Numbered from the stretch's first letter, positions 21,248-31,688 are shown. The stretch is 64,000 nt of DNA from an uncultured Verrucomicrobiae bacterium (GCA_963834385.1 CAWIBO010000002.1:736001-800000); one strand, 5' to 3'. Made by a program: numbers and translations. The notes: generated from the sequence alone by a model not told the origin.

Positions 21248-22036
21248 ATGCCCTGGCTCCTGCTTCTGCTCTTCGCCGCCGCCCCGGCTTTCGCCGCGGC
21301 CGACTGGGAGAACCGCGTTACCGCAAAAAAAGGTCCATTCCCCGCCCCGCCGTCCCTCTCCGCCCAGTATCGTTTCGGCTGGAGCGGCCTGACCGCCGCC
21401 ACGGCGGACCTGCAACTCCGGCGGACGGGGACAGACCGCCTCCAGCTCTCCGCGAAGGGCGGCACCGTCGGGCTCGCCCGCGCCCTTTGGCGCATGGACG
21501 CCACCTACGAGGCGGCAGTGGAACGCGACGCCCTCGCCCCGCTCACGATTCGCCAGGTGGAGAACCTCCGCGGCAAACGGCTCCTGACCGATCTTTCCTT
21601 TAATCGCGCCGGCGTGGTCAGCGCCCGGGTCGAAACCGTCAATGGAAAGGATTCCGCGAAAACGCGCACCTTCAGCTTCCCGGGAGCGCACGATCTCTTT
21701 TCCTCCCTGCTTTTCGTCCGCAGCCAGACCCTGGCCCCGGGCAGCACCACCCGCGTTGTGGTTTACCCCGCCACCTCCGCCTATCTCGCCACGGTCACAG
21801 TCGTCGGGCGCGAGCGTCTCCGCGTCCGGGCCGGCAGTTTCGACGCCATCAAGGTCGACCTCCAGCTCCAGAAGATAAACAAGAAGCGCGCCCTGGAGCC
21901 GCACAAAAAATTCAAACGCGCCACCGCCTGGATCTCGGACGATGCCAACCGCATGCTCCTGCGGGTGGAGGGCCAGATCTTCGTCGGCACCGTTTTCGCC
22001 GAGCTGCAGTCGTTCCAGACCAACCCCAAACGCTAG
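21248..22036 (+). CDS. DUF3108-like secreted protein
   Basis: Signal peptide; YRFGWSGLTA, DLFSSLLFVRSQ, VRAGSFDAIK and AWISDDANR.LLR motifs. Confidence 0.7.
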   Translation: MPWLLLLLFAAAPAFAAADWENRVTAKKGPFPAPPSLSAQYRFGWSGLTAATADLQLRRTGTDRLQLSAKGGTVGLARALWRMDATYEAAVERDALAPLTIRQVENLRGKRLLTDLSFNRAGVVSARVETVNGKDSAKTRTFSFPGAHDLFSSLLFVRSQTLAPGSTTRVVVYPATSAYLATVTVVGRERLRVRAGSFDAIKVDLQLQKINKKRALEPHKKFKRATAWISDDANRMLLRVEGQIFVGTVFAELQSFQTNPKR

Positions 22037-22046
22037 CTCCGGCTTT

Positions 22047-22784
22047 TTACCGGATCCATTCGCCGCGCAGGATCACCGGCGGACGGCGCGCCGGATAAAC
22101 CCGACGCGGCCCGCGGTAGTTCCCGCGCTGGTTCGGCAGCAACTGCAACGCCGCGAGCGTGTCCATGTCGATCCGGCCGGTCACCGCCAGCCCGGTCTCC
22201 GCCTGGAACGCCCGCAGGGCAAATTCGGTGTCCGGCCCAAAAACGCCGTCCACTCCGCTGCGGTAAAGCCGTTTCCGCATGAGCTGGAATTGCACGTCGG
22301 CCACCACCTGTTGCTGGAGCGGGGGCGGCGCCAGGTCGTAAGGCGTGTCCTGGAAAATCGCGCCGCCGCGCAGAGTCCGCCCGGGAGGCGGCCCGGCGAA
22401 ATCCTCCTCCTCCTGCTCAGGGAGCGGCCGAACCTGCCCGCGGGAGGGACCAACATCATTCCGGGGCGGCTCCGTGTCCTCCTCTTCCCCGGCCTCTTCT
22501 TCCTCCACCGGCCCGGAGGTGCCCGGCCCCGGCGACGGGGTGGCCCGCGCCGTCTTCAGCAATCGTTTTGTTTCCTCGTTCAATTCCCCGGTCACCTCGA
22601 GGCCGTTCCGAATCTGGAAGCGGCGCAGGGCAGCGCTCGTATCGGCATTCTTTTCCCCCGTCGCCTCCCCGTAGTAGAAGCCCTGCTCCTTCAGGCTCCT
22701 TTGCGCCGCCGCGAGGTCGGCGTCGGCCCACGCGCGCACGGCCAGGATGGAAAAAATGAACAGCGCCAGGGTGAACGTTTTCAT
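22047..22784 (-). CDS. Peptidoglycan-binding domain protein (two PG_binding_1 repeats)
   Basis: QRSLKEQGFY.G..TG...DT.AALRRFQ..NGLEVTG and DGVFGPDT..ALRAFQ...GL.VTG. Confidence 0.85.
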   Translation of the reverse strand: MKTFTLALFIFSILAVRAWADADLAAAQRSLKEQGFYYGEATGEKNADTSAALRRFQIRNGLEVTGELNEETKRLLKTARATPSPGPGTSGPVEEEEAGEEEDTEPPRNDVGPSRGQVRPLPEQEEEDFAGPPPGRTLRGGAIFQDTPYDLAPPPLQQQVVADVQFQLMRKRLYRSGVDGVFGPDTEFALRAFQAETGLAVTGRIDMDTLAALQLLPNQRGNYRGPRRVYPARRPPVILRGEWIR

Positions 22785-22817
22785 GGGATGTCCGGTTTGG
22801 ACGCCTTCATCACGTCC

Positions 22818-23624
22818 TTATTCAGGAAGGCGCGACATCGCCGCCATGGTGGCGCCGCCCTTGGGCAGGGCCTCCCGGTAACGCAGGATTCCCTCCGTGA
22901 TCGCAGCCGCCATTTGTTCCCGGTATTTTTCATCCTGCAATTGCTGCACCTCGGTTTTGTTGCTGATAAAGCCCCCTTCCACCAGCACCGCCGGATGGTG
23001 CACATTGCGGATCACATAAAACTGCTCGGTCTTGACGCCGCGATCGACCGCCTGTGTCCCGCGCACCAGCGCTTGCTGCACGAAAGCGGCCAGGCTCTGG
23101 CTCTGCGGGTTGCCCGACTCCAGCGACGCGGGCTGAAGAAACGGCAGCCAGCTCGCAAACAACGGCTGCTCCACGGCCTGGCGTTCCGCATAAAAGGTCT
23201 CAATCCCGGTCGCGGCCGGGCGCTTCCCGCCCTCGTTAAAGTGGATGCTGACAAAGATCGCCCGCTTTTCGCGGTTGGCCACGTGGGCCCGGGCGGCCAG
23301 GGAAATGAACGCGTCTTTCTCCCGCGTCTGCACCACGCGCACACCGTGATCACGCAAACGGCGGCCCACCCGTTGCGCCACGTCGAGGGTCAGTTCCTTT
23401 TCCATGACCTCCTCGATTTTCGCGCCGGTATCCTCGCCGCCGTGGCCGGCATCCAGGACCACGGTGCCGAACGGCTCGAGGGTGGTGGCCCGCGCGGCAG
23501 ATGCCGGCGAGGCCCAGCGATTCCGCTCCCACTCCAGCCAGACAAGCGAAAGAAGCATCAGCCCCAGCCCCGCCCACGGCGCCAGGGTATTCCACTGCCG
23601 GCGAAATGAACGTTCTGCAGCCAT
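22818..23624 (-). CDS. N-acetylmuramoyl-L-alanine amidase (Amidase_3)
   Basis: VVLDAGHGGED.GA, EKELTL, FVSIHFN and PAVLVEGGFISN motifs. Confidence 0.92.
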   Translation of the reverse strand: MAAERSFRRQWNTLAPWAGLGLMLLSLVWLEWERNRWASPASAARATTLEPFGTVVLDAGHGGEDTGAKIEEVMEKELTLDVAQRVGRRLRDHGVRVVQTREKDAFISLAARAHVANREKRAIFVSIHFNEGGKRPAATGIETFYAERQAVEQPLFASWLPFLQPASLESGNPQSQSLAAFVQQALVRGTQAVDRGVKTEQFYVIRNVHHPAVLVEGGFISNKTEVQQLQDEKYREQMAAAITEGILRYREALPKGGATMAAMSRLPE

Positions 23625-23636
23625 GACGGAAAAAAC

Positions 23637-24410
23637 CTACTCCGCCCGCGATCTTATCTCGCCTGGCTCCAGCGTTCGATAACAAATCGCCGCGGCCGCG
23701 TCTCTCTCCAGCACCGCCGCCTCGATCGCGATCCGTTTCCCTTCCTTCTGCCGAAAGGCCTTGATCTCCTCCGCGGTCGGCATCTCCCCGTCCGCTTCCA
23801 GCGGCATGCGGCCCACCGCGCAGGCCGTCCCGGCCAGTTCCAGTGCGGTCGCGAGGGTTCTTCGGCTGTTCCCCGTTTTGCCGGCCAGCCACTCGGCCAT
23901 CTTTTCCGCGGCCGCGGCGGTTCCCGCCAGCACGGCGTGATCCCGCGCCCCCCGGCTGGTCGACACCCCTGCCGGCGTGATCGAGCCGTCGTATTCCAGG
24001 GTGAGAAAGAGATCGTCGCCGGCCTCGCGCCCCAGCTCCGCAAAAAGCAGGCGGGCCAGGAAAGGCGCGCCGTAAATTTGCTCAAAGGCCGCCTTCAAAA
24101 CCGGGCTCAGTGAATAATACGCCAGCCGGCGCAACGACACGTCCGCCGCCGAGCGGGTGAACCCTTCGGTGCTGGCCAGCTCAATTGCCGTCAGCCGGAG
24201 CCGCTCCACATCGCCGGGGTGCCCGATCGCCCCCAGCGCAATCCGGTCATAAACCTCGAAAATTTTCTGCTGCGCGCCGCCCGCGGTAAAAAACAGGATG
24301 CCGCCGTCATAGCCCAGCGCGACGAGCGGATTGCCGCCGGCCAGTTGCGTCTCGATATACTCGCGCCGGTTCGCGACCGCCTCCACCCACCGGTACGGTT
24401 CTTCGATCAT
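23637..24410 (-). CDS. prcA: 20S proteasome alpha subunit
   Basis: QKIFEVYDRIALGAIG, DVSLRRLA and PF.ARLLFAELG motifs; follows the beta subunit with 4-nt overlap. Confidence 0.85.
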   Translation of the reverse strand: MIEEPYRWVEAVANRREYIETQLAGGNPLVALGYDGGILFFTAGGAQQKIFEVYDRIALGAIGHPGDVERLRLTAIELASTEGFTRSAADVSLRRLAYYSLSPVLKAAFEQIYGAPFLARLLFAELGREAGDDLFLTLEYDGSITPAGVSTSRGARDHAVLAGTAAAAEKMAEWLAGKTGNSRRTLATALELAGTACAVGRMPLEADGEMPTAEEIKAFRQKEGKRIAIEAAVLERDAAAAICYRTLEPGEIRSRAE

Positions 24411-25216
24411 GCCACGCTCCGCCGGTAGAGTTTGCTGATCTTCGCGTCGGACAGTCCGGTGATGCCTTCCTGCGAGACGATCTTGATCACCGGAAAGATT
24501 TTCCCGCTGCGATCGACCCCGCCGGTGGCGGTGTCTGATTCCGCCGCGGTATCCAGCGCCCGCAATGCGAGGGTGACGGCTTCCTCCTCGTTCAGTTTCC
24601 GCAGCGGTTTCCGGCCCCAGTTGTTTTCGAAATGCAGGATGCCGCGGACGGCGGGCGAGCCGGAGCCGGTCGCGGCATACTCCGTCACCTCGAACTGCGC
24701 CCCCATGGCATCGTAAAAATAAAGCCGCGCCGCGGGGTCGGACTTGGCGTCGTAAGTGGCGAAGATGGGGGCGACCACGCCGATCCCCTGGAGGACGAAT
24801 CCGAAATTGTCCCGGAGAAGCTTGGACAGCGCGCGCACCTTGCCGTCCACGCTCATTTCCTGGAGCTGAGTTCGCCGGAAAAACTGCAGGGAATGCTCGA
24901 GGACCCGCGCCATCTCCCAGGCCGTGGCCGGAACGCCGGCGATGGCCATGAGCGAATGACGATCGATCTCCAGCACCTTGTCCGCCCGGTCGTAGACCAC
25001 GGTGTTGCCGGCGGTGGCACGGCGGTCGCCCGCGACCAGCACGCCGCCGGCGAACTTGAAGGCGAGAATGGTGGTGGCCTGCGTTTGCGCGGCGGCCATT
25101 TCCGCCGCTGGTCCGTTCGGCCCCGGCCCGGTGGCGGCGGCCGGCAGCAGGCCCTGCCGACGCAGGAGACCGGCAAAATCGGAAGGCTCGGAGCCGGCCC
25201 GGAAAGGGATTTCCAT
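24407..25216 (-). CDS. prcB: 20S proteasome beta subunit with propeptide
   Basis: QA|TTILAFKFAGGVLVAGDRRAT catalytic Thr, ATGSGS and AAESDTATGG motifs. Confidence 0.92.
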   Translation of the reverse strand: MEIPFRAGSEPSDFAGLLRRQGLLPAAATGPGPNGPAAEMAAAQTQATTILAFKFAGGVLVAGDRRATAGNTVVYDRADKVLEIDRHSLMAIAGVPATAWEMARVLEHSLQFFRRTQLQEMSVDGKVRALSKLLRDNFGFVLQGIGVVAPIFATYDAKSDPAARLYFYDAMGAQFEVTEYAATGSGSPAVRGILHFENNWGRKPLRKLNEEEAVTLALRALDTAAESDTATGGVDRSGKIFPVIKIVSQEGITGLSDAKISKLYRRSVA

Positions 25217-25387
25217 CTACTGGCCCGTCCGCTGGCGATACCGCTTTGACTGGTTCGGATCGACCTTGCGCATCTTTTTCAGCAAATCCTTCGTGTCGGG
25301 CCGCGAGACCTCGGGCGACTTGGGTCCGCCCTCGTCGCCCGGTTTCGGGCCCCAGGGCACCACCGGCTTTTGCGTGCGCTCAGGCAT
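25217..25387 (-). CDS. ubact: Ubiquitin-like protein UBact
   Basis: 56 aa, disordered, ends LLKKMRKVDPNQSKRYRQRTGQ (R[T/S]G[E/Q] terminus); directly upstream of prcB. Confidence 0.88.
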   Translation of the reverse strand: MPERTQKPVVPWGPKPGDEGGPKSPEVSRPDTKDLLKKMRKVDPNQSKRYRQRTGQ

Positions 25388-25483
25388 GGAAAAAAGGTTC
25401 GGGCGAAATTGCGGAAACGCAACCCGGCAGGGAGGCACGCCCGCATGCTTGCCTGCGCGGGCCGGGAATGCCAACATCCCGCC

Positions 25484-25949
25484 ATGAAACAGATCGGGGC
25501 GGTATTGGCGGCGGGAACCTTGACCTTTTTACTGGCCGCGGGAGGAGGAGCCCAGACACCGGCGACGGACTCCGAGGCGGCGAAGTTGGAGGCGCTCTCG
25601 CGGCGGGTGGACGAACTGCACCTGAAGATCGACGCGCTTTCGCAGCAACTCCTCAAGATGGAGCAGCAGCTTTCCAAACCGGGGGTGATGATCGGGGAGG
25701 ATATCTCCGCCGCCACCCCCGCCGCGGCGGCGACGGCGACGACCGCGGCCACGCCGACGCCCGGGCGGAACCGCCCACACGGTGGCGCGCGGCGAGACCC
25801 TCACTTCGATTGCCCGCACCTACAAGGTGGGCGTGGAAGATCTGCAGCGTCACAACCAGATCGAGGATGGCCGCAAACTGCAGGCCGGCCAGACCATCCA
25901 GATTCCGGGGCCGGCCACGGGCAGCCCGTCCCCTTCCCCGGCCGAGTAA
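25484..25949 (+). CDS. Secreted coiled-coil plus LysM protein (apparent frameshift near 25765)
   Basis: Signal peptide and coiled coil, then in another frame HTVARGETLTSIARTYKVGVEDLQRHNQI...LQAGQTIQIP (LysM). Confidence 0.8.
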
Positions 25950-26500
25950 TGGAGGCGCCGCAGGCCAGGCAATGGTTTCTGCGCAAGCACGAGGATGGCG
26001 GCATCTTCGGGCCGCTGACGTTTGCGCAACTCGAGCACTGGGCCTCCGCCGCCCAGATCGCGCCGCACGACCTGCTTTCCGCCGATCAGGAAGCCTGGAT
26101 CAAGGCCCCCATGCTGCCCGAGCTGCAGATGGACTGGCTCGTGGAGATCACGAGCGACCAGTACTATGGCCCGACCACCCTGGGCGCGATCGAGCATTTC
26201 CTTCGCCTCGGTGAGATCAACGGCGAAACCTGGATCATCAACTCCTGCGACGGCGCCCGCCAACAGATCAACGAATTGCCCGCGCTCTTCCGCAAGGAAC
26301 GGCGCGCTCCCGGCGAGAACGCCGGGGAGACAGACACCGGCCCGGAGGCGACCAGCATGTCGATCGATCTGCACGAGCGCATCAGCAGCCTCGAGCAGAC
26401 GCTGCGGGAAGAACGGCGCGCCCTTGTCCAGGTGGAGGAGCGTTACCGCGATCTCCTCGAGCGCTACGAGGAACTTCTCGCCCAGACCACCGGCCGCTAG
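25949..26500 (+). CDS. Protein with two GYF_2-like repeats and a C-terminal coiled coil
   Basis: WFLRKHEDGGIFGPLT and WLVEITSDQYYGPTT repeats; start overlaps the LysM stop (TAATG). Confidence 0.65.
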   Translation: MEAPQARQWFLRKHEDGGIFGPLTFAQLEHWASAAQIAPHDLLSADQEAWIKAPMLPELQMDWLVEITSDQYYGPTTLGAIEHFLRLGEINGETWIINSCDGARQQINELPALFRKERRAPGENAGETDTGPEATSMSIDLHERISSLEQTLREERRALVQVEERYRDLLERYEELLAQTTGR

Positions 26501-28251
26501 TCGCGCAGAAACACCGTTCCTTCTTCCGGCGCCGCCTCCAGCAGGCTCTGTTCGCAGAGCCGGGCATAACGCCCTTCCAGCGCGAGCAGCTCCTCGTGCG
26601 TGCCCCGTTCCACGATCTCGCCCCGTTCCAGGAGCAGGATCTGGTCGGCCTTCACGATCGTGGAAAGCCGGTGCGCAATCACAATCGAGGTCCGGTGAAA
26701 CATCAGGTGCTCGAGCGCTTCCTGAATCAGGCGCTCGGTCGCGGTGTCCACGCTGGCGGTGGCCTCATCCAAAATCAGGATCGGCGGATCCTTCAGCAAA
26801 GCGCGCGCAATCGAGAGCCGCTGCTTTTCCCCCACGCTCAACTTGACCCCGCGTTCGCCCACCCGGCTGCTCAAGCCTTCGGGAAGACGCTCAATAAAGG
26901 CCCGGGCATTGGCCGCATCGATGGCTTCCCAGAGCTCCCCGTCCGACGCGCCCGGGCGCCCCATGAGGAGGTTCTCGCGGATGGTGCCGTTGAAGAGGAA
27001 ACTTTCCTGCGTGACCACGCCAATGGCCTCCCGGAGCTGGCGCTTGCCGTACTCGCGCAAAGGCCGGCCATCCACCAGGATCTCGCCCCCGTCGAACTCG
27101 TAAAACCGCGTCAGCAGATTGACCAGGGTCGATTTGCCCGCCCCGGTCGTTCCCACCAGCGCGATGGTCTCCCCGGGACGCGCTTTCAGGCTGATTCCGG
27201 AAAGGGCGGCCAGCCCTTCGCCGTAGGAAAAGTTGACCTCACGAAATTCGATCTCACCGCGGGTCGGCTTGACGGCGGAATCGTGCTCCAGGCCGGGCTC
27301 AACCACCGCGTCGAGGATATCGAAGACCCGTTCACCGGCGGCACGTCCGGCCTGCAGCAGTTGGTTCAATTGATGCAATTTCCCGATCGGCTCGTAGAGA
27401 AAGCCGGTCAGCATCAGGAACGCCACCAGGTCGCCCAGTTGCATGGTCCCGGCGAGGACCATGCGCGCGCCCACCGCCACCACCGCGAGAATGCCGAGCG
27501 AGCCGAAAAGGTACATCGACGGGTGATAGACGGCCCAGACGCGCATGACCGTGAGAGTGGCCCGCCGGAGCTGGTCGCTCACGGCGTTGAACCGCAGATG
27601 CTCGGCCGATTCCCGCACGAAACTCTTGATCTGGCGCACGCCGGCAAGGTTGTCGTGCAGGAGCGAGTTCATGGCCGAGGCGGCCTTGCGCTGCGCCCGG
27701 TAGCGCCGGTGCGCCGTCAGGGTGTAAAGCATCGTCCCGGCCACCAGCAGCGGGAGCGGCGAAAGGCCGATCAAGGCCAGTTGCGCGGAGACATAAAACA
27801 TCACGGAGAGGACGATCACCACCTGGAGCAGGGCGACCAGCCCCTGCTCCACGCCATCGATCAGGACGCGTTCCACCGCGGCCACGTCCTCGATCACGCG
27901 CGTCATGACATCGCCGGTGGCCCGGTTGTCGAACCAGCGCAACGGCAACTGCTGGATGTGCGAGTAAAGATCGCTGCGCAGATCGAAGATGACCCGCTGT
28001 TCAAAGGTGTTGTTCAGGATGATCCGGATCGCGTTCAGCCCGTGTTGCAGGACAAACGCTCCCGCCGCCAGCCAGATCAGGGGCATGAGCCGGTCCGGCC
28101 GGTTTTGATGCAGCACCTCGTCCACCACCAGCTTCGTTACCGCCGGAAAGACGATCACCATCATGGTGCTGGCAATGGCACAGGCCAGCGTCCCCAGCGC
28201 AATCGCCGGGTAACGCTTCAGATAGGCGAATACTCTCCAGACTGTTTTCAT
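26497..28251 (-). CDS. ABC exporter, fused permease/ATPase
   Basis: TM domain, GTTGAGKST Walker A, LSVGEKQR signature, ILILDEATAS Walker B, IAHRLST. Confidence 0.93.
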   Translation of the reverse strand: MKTVWRVFAYLKRYPAIALGTLACAIASTMMVIVFPAVTKLVVDEVLHQNRPDRLMPLIWLAAGAFVLQHGLNAIRIILNNTFEQRVIFDLRSDLYSHIQQLPLRWFDNRATGDVMTRVIEDVAAVERVLIDGVEQGLVALLQVVIVLSVMFYVSAQLALIGLSPLPLLVAGTMLYTLTAHRRYRAQRKAASAMNSLLHDNLAGVRQIKSFVRESAEHLRFNAVSDQLRRATLTVMRVWAVYHPSMYLFGSLGILAVVAVGARMVLAGTMQLGDLVAFLMLTGFLYEPIGKLHQLNQLLQAGRAAGERVFDILDAVVEPGLEHDSAVKPTRGEIEFREVNFSYGEGLAALSGISLKARPGETIALVGTTGAGKSTLVNLLTRFYEFDGGEILVDGRPLREYGKRQLREAIGVVTQESFLFNGTIRENLLMGRPGASDGELWEAIDAANARAFIERLPEGLSSRVGERGVKLSVGEKQRLSIARALLKDPPILILDEATASVDTATERLIQEALEHLMFHRTSIVIAHRLSTIVKADQILLLERGEIVERGTHEELLALEGRYARLCEQSLLEAAPEEGTVFLRD

Positions 28252-28307
28252 TTTTCTGCCGGCCAGCGGGCCGGCATTACTATACGCCAATTTACGCCCG
28301 CCGGACG

Positions 28308-28646
28308 TTACCGCCCGCCCGCCCGCGGTGCCCGCGCCATTTTCACGGCCGGCTTGAAGCCGGGCGGCTTGGTCCTGATCCAGGCGATGAACCGTGCCAG
28401 CCCGGGATGCGACCGCAAGCGCTCCACCGTTTCATAGCCGCGCTCCAGTTCCTTCTCCGTCAGGAAATGGTGAATCTGCGAATGACACGGACGGCAAAGA
28501 CCAACCACCTGCCGAACCGTCGCCCGGTCAAAGAGGCGCTTGTTTCTTTTGTTGTGGTGCCGGGCCCGGGGCACCAGGTGATGCCGTGTCAGGAGTCTCC
28601 CGCGCTCGCAAAGGGCGCACGGCCCCAAGCCTTCAAATTTGGCCAC
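28308..28646 (-). CDS. Small HNH-like (CxxC..HH..CxxCH) protein
   Basis: CALCER..LTRHHLVPR...LCRPCHSQIH. Confidence 0.7.
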   Translation of the reverse strand: MAKFEGLGPCALCERGRLLTRHHLVPRARHHNKRNKRLFDRATVRQVVGLCRPCHSQIHHFLTEKELERGYETVERLRSHPGLARFIAWIRTKPPGFKPAVKMARAPRAGGR

Positions 28647-28676
28647 GATTCCCGACAGGACCGCCGGCTGGCGGCA

Positions 28677-29575
28677 TCACGCCTGACCTCCACCCGCCCC
28701 GGCCCGACCCGGGAAAGTGAGTTCGGCGATGCCTGATTTATCCAGCTCGCCCAGGCCTTCCCGCACCAGGCGATCGGTCCTGCTCCCTCGTGGCGCGGGC
28801 CAGCGGCAGAGTCAGGCCGGCCTCCTCCGCCAGGGCGAGGGCAATCCCGCTGTCCTTGGCCGCGTGCGCCGCCGAGAAAAAACAGGCGTGATCGCGTTTC
28901 TGCATATCCTCGCCGTCGGTCTCGAGCACGCGGGACGCGGCCCCGGTCTGCGCAAAAACCTCGCGCAGCATGTTGAGATCGAGGCCAAGGGCGGTGCCCA
29001 GACCGAGCCCCTCGGCGAGCCCGGCCGTGTTGATGTTCATCACCATGTTCACCAGGGCCTTGACCCGGGCGGCGTCTCCCGCCTTCCCGATGTATCGGAT
29101 GGTCGAGCCGAGGTCGCGCAGGAGCGGCTCGGCCCGGTCGAACACTTCGCGCCGGCCGCCGCACATCAGGTAAAGCGATCCCTCGCGCGCCTGCGTGATG
29201 CTCGAGGCCATGCACGCCTCCAGCGCGGACGCCCCGTGCTCCTCCACCAGCTTCTCCATCTCTTCATGGACCCGCGGTGAAACGGTTGCGCAGTTGATGA
29301 ACAACCGGCCGCGCGCATTGAGGAGAAGGTTCCCGGCGGGGTCGGAAAAAATGCCGCGCATCGCCCGGTCATCCGTCACCACCGTGATGATGACGTCCGC
29401 CGCCGCCGTGACCTCGGGGAGAGTCGGGCTGGCGGACGCGCCGATCTCCTGCGCCAGGTCCGTAGCCGCCTTCCGGTTTACATCATAAACGGCGGTAACG
29501 TGCCGGCCGCGCTCCCGCAACCTGCGCGCCATGTTCGCGCCCATCCGTCCCACCCCCACCACCGCCGATGTTCAT
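28677..29575 (-). CDS. NAD(P)-dependent oxidoreductase, 3-hydroxyisobutyrate dehydrogenase family (apparent frameshifts near both ends)
   Basis: VGVGRMGANMA Rossmann motif, KALVN motif; restored ends MNIGVVG and GLGELDKSGIAEL. Confidence 0.85.
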
Positions 29576-29592
29576 GCCGGTCCCGTCTTCCT

Positions 29593-30433
29593 TCATTCTT
29601 CCTTCTCTTTTTGCGCTGCAAAAAACGGGTTGTTCGCCTTCTCGTGCGCCACGGTCGTGAGCGGCCCGTGCCCCGGGCAGATGATCGTCTCGCCCGGCAG
29701 AGTCATGATCTTTTCAAGGTTGGTTTCCAGCGCGTCCCGGTAGGAAACCGCGCCGCCCCCCATGGAGCCGGCGAAGACAGCATCGCCCACCACGGCCAAC
29801 GGTTGTTTTCCCAGGCCGCGGATAAAATAGGTCATGCCGCCGCGGGAATGTCCCCAGGTCAGCAAAGATTGAATGCGCAACGGCCCGACTTCAAACTCGC
29901 GCCCTTCCTCGATCCCCTCCGCCCCCGGCACCATTTCGCGCGACGAAATATGGACCGGTGCACCGGTCGCGTCCCGCAGCCGTCCGAGGTCGGCCACGTG
30001 GTCCCGGTGCGCGTGCGTCAGAAGAATCAGGCGGACCTCGAGGTTCTGGGCCTTGATTGTCGCCAGCATCTCGGTGCAGTCCGCCCCGGTATCGAAAGCC
30101 ACGGCCGCCCGCGTCTTCGGATCCCAGACCAGGAACGCGTTCACCGTCATGTCGTCAAAAGGCGTGTTGAACATGGCGAACCCGTCCGGCGGCCGGACCG
30201 GCGGCGGCGCGTAGTTTCCCTCCGCCAGGGCCACCAGGGCCCGCCCGGCCAGGTTCAGCACCGGCGCGATGCGCCAAAGCATCATTTCGTCGAGCTCTCC
30301 CCCGCCGGATCTTCCGGACCTGGTCTGATTTCACCCGCGCTTTCTCCGCCAGTTGACCGTCGGAAATGCCCAGCCCGCGCTGCGCCTTCCCAATCACGTC
30401 CACCGCGCCGTCTTCCACCGGGATTGTTTTCAT
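29593..30433 (-). CDS. MBL-fold metallo-hydrolase with N-terminal HTH-like extension (apparent frameshift near 30295)
   Basis: LTHAHRDHV, WGHS, VGDAVFAGS and CPGHGP motifs. Confidence 0.85.
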
Positions 30434-31086
30434 GTCAGTGCCGCCTCCTTTGTCGTGCGCAAGGCGTGGATTCGCCCTGTCGCCAAGGCCGACATGCTGC
30501 CGGCCATTTCCGCCACCGTAAACGTCTTTCCCGTTTCCTCTTCCAGCGAGGTCATGACCACGTCACTGATCCCGCAGGGCACGATCTGGGCAAAGGCCGA
30601 GAGATCGCCGCCCACGTTCAGGGCAAACCCGTGCATCGTGATCCAGTGCCGCACCCCCACGCCGATGGAGGCGATCTTGCGCCGCCCGACCCACACGCCG
30701 GTCAGGCCCTCGCGCACCCCGGCCGCGACCCCCTGCCCGCGCAGCGCCTCGCACAGCAATTCCTCCAGCCAGCGCAGATAACGATGCAGATCCTGACCGC
30801 ACCGCCGGAGATCGATGATCGGATAACCGACAAGCTGCCCGGGCCCATGATAGGTCGCCTGCCCGCCGCGGTTCACCGGAAAAAGCGGATGCGGCAAATG
30901 AGCCGCGCCAAGCAGGCTGGAACGGTCCGGGGTGCGTCCAATCGTGTAAACCGGATCATGCTCGAGCAGCAACAGCTCGTCCGGGCGGCCCGGCTCCGCC
31001 CGTTTTGCCGCCACCAGTTCTTCCTGCAGAGCCAGCGCCTCGGCGTAGGCCACGCGCCCGAGCCATCGCGTTTCCAGACCGCTCAT
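30430..31086 (-). CDS. lipB: Lipoyl(octanoyl) transferase
   Basis: LLEHDPVYTIG, RGGQATYHGPGQLVGYP, KIASIG, HGFALN and IVPCGI motifs. Confidence 0.95.
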   Translation of the reverse strand: MSGLETRWLGRVAYAEALALQEELVAAKRAEPGRPDELLLLEHDPVYTIGRTPDRSSLLGAAHLPHPLFPVNRGGQATYHGPGQLVGYPIIDLRRCGQDLHRYLRWLEELLCEALRGQGVAAGVREGLTGVWVGRRKIASIGVGVRHWITMHGFALNVGGDLSAFAQIVPCGISDVVMTSLEEETGKTFTVAEMAGSMSALATGRIHALRTTKEAALT

Positions 31087-31586
31087 ATCTGCGCTCCCGC
31101 CGGCATTCCCGCCCGCACCGCTTCCTGCGCCCGCAAATGGGCCAGCCCGATCGCGAGCGCGTCCGCCGCATCCGCGCTCGGCGTTTCCGTCAGGCCAAGC
31201 AGCGCGCGCACCATGAAAGCCACCTGCGCCTTGCCCGCGCCGCCCCGGCCGACCGCACTCTGTTTCACCCGCGTCGGCGCATACTCGAATACCGGCAGCC
31301 CGCGTTCCGCCGCCGCCAGCATGGCCGCGCCCCGCGCCGCCCCCAGCAGAATGGCCGTGCGATGGCTTTGCACATAAATCACCGCCTCCATCGCGCAGCA
31401 GTCCGGCTCGAATTCCTGGATCAACTCCGCCAGGCGATCGCGGATCGCCACCAAACAGGAGGAGGATTTCAACTTCGCGTGGTTCTGGATCGTGCCAAAG
31501 TGCAGCGCCCGCGGGGAGGTCCCGTTCCCGTCGACGATCGCCACCCCGGTGCTCCGCAGGGAGGCGTCAATGGCCAGCACGCGCAT
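31083..31586 (-). CDS. ruvC: Holliday junction resolvase RuvC
   Basis: VLAIDASLRSTG, AME, GAARG, EYAPTRVK..VG.G.AGK.QV and DAADALAI motifs. Confidence 0.93.
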   Translation of the reverse strand: MRVLAIDASLRSTGVAIVDGNGTSPRALHFGTIQNHAKLKSSSCLVAIRDRLAELIQEFEPDCCAMEAVIYVQSHRTAILLGAARGAAMLAAAERGLPVFEYAPTRVKQSAVGRGGAGKAQVAFMVRALLGLTETPSADAADALAIGLAHLRAQEAVRAGMPAGAQI

Positions 31587-31688
31587 GCCCCAGCTTAGGT
31601 TCCGTCTCCGCCCCGGCAAGCCCCGGCTGGGGCCGCACCCCTCAGGAAATTGCAGCGGTTCACGTCCGCCACTAAAGATACTTCTCCC

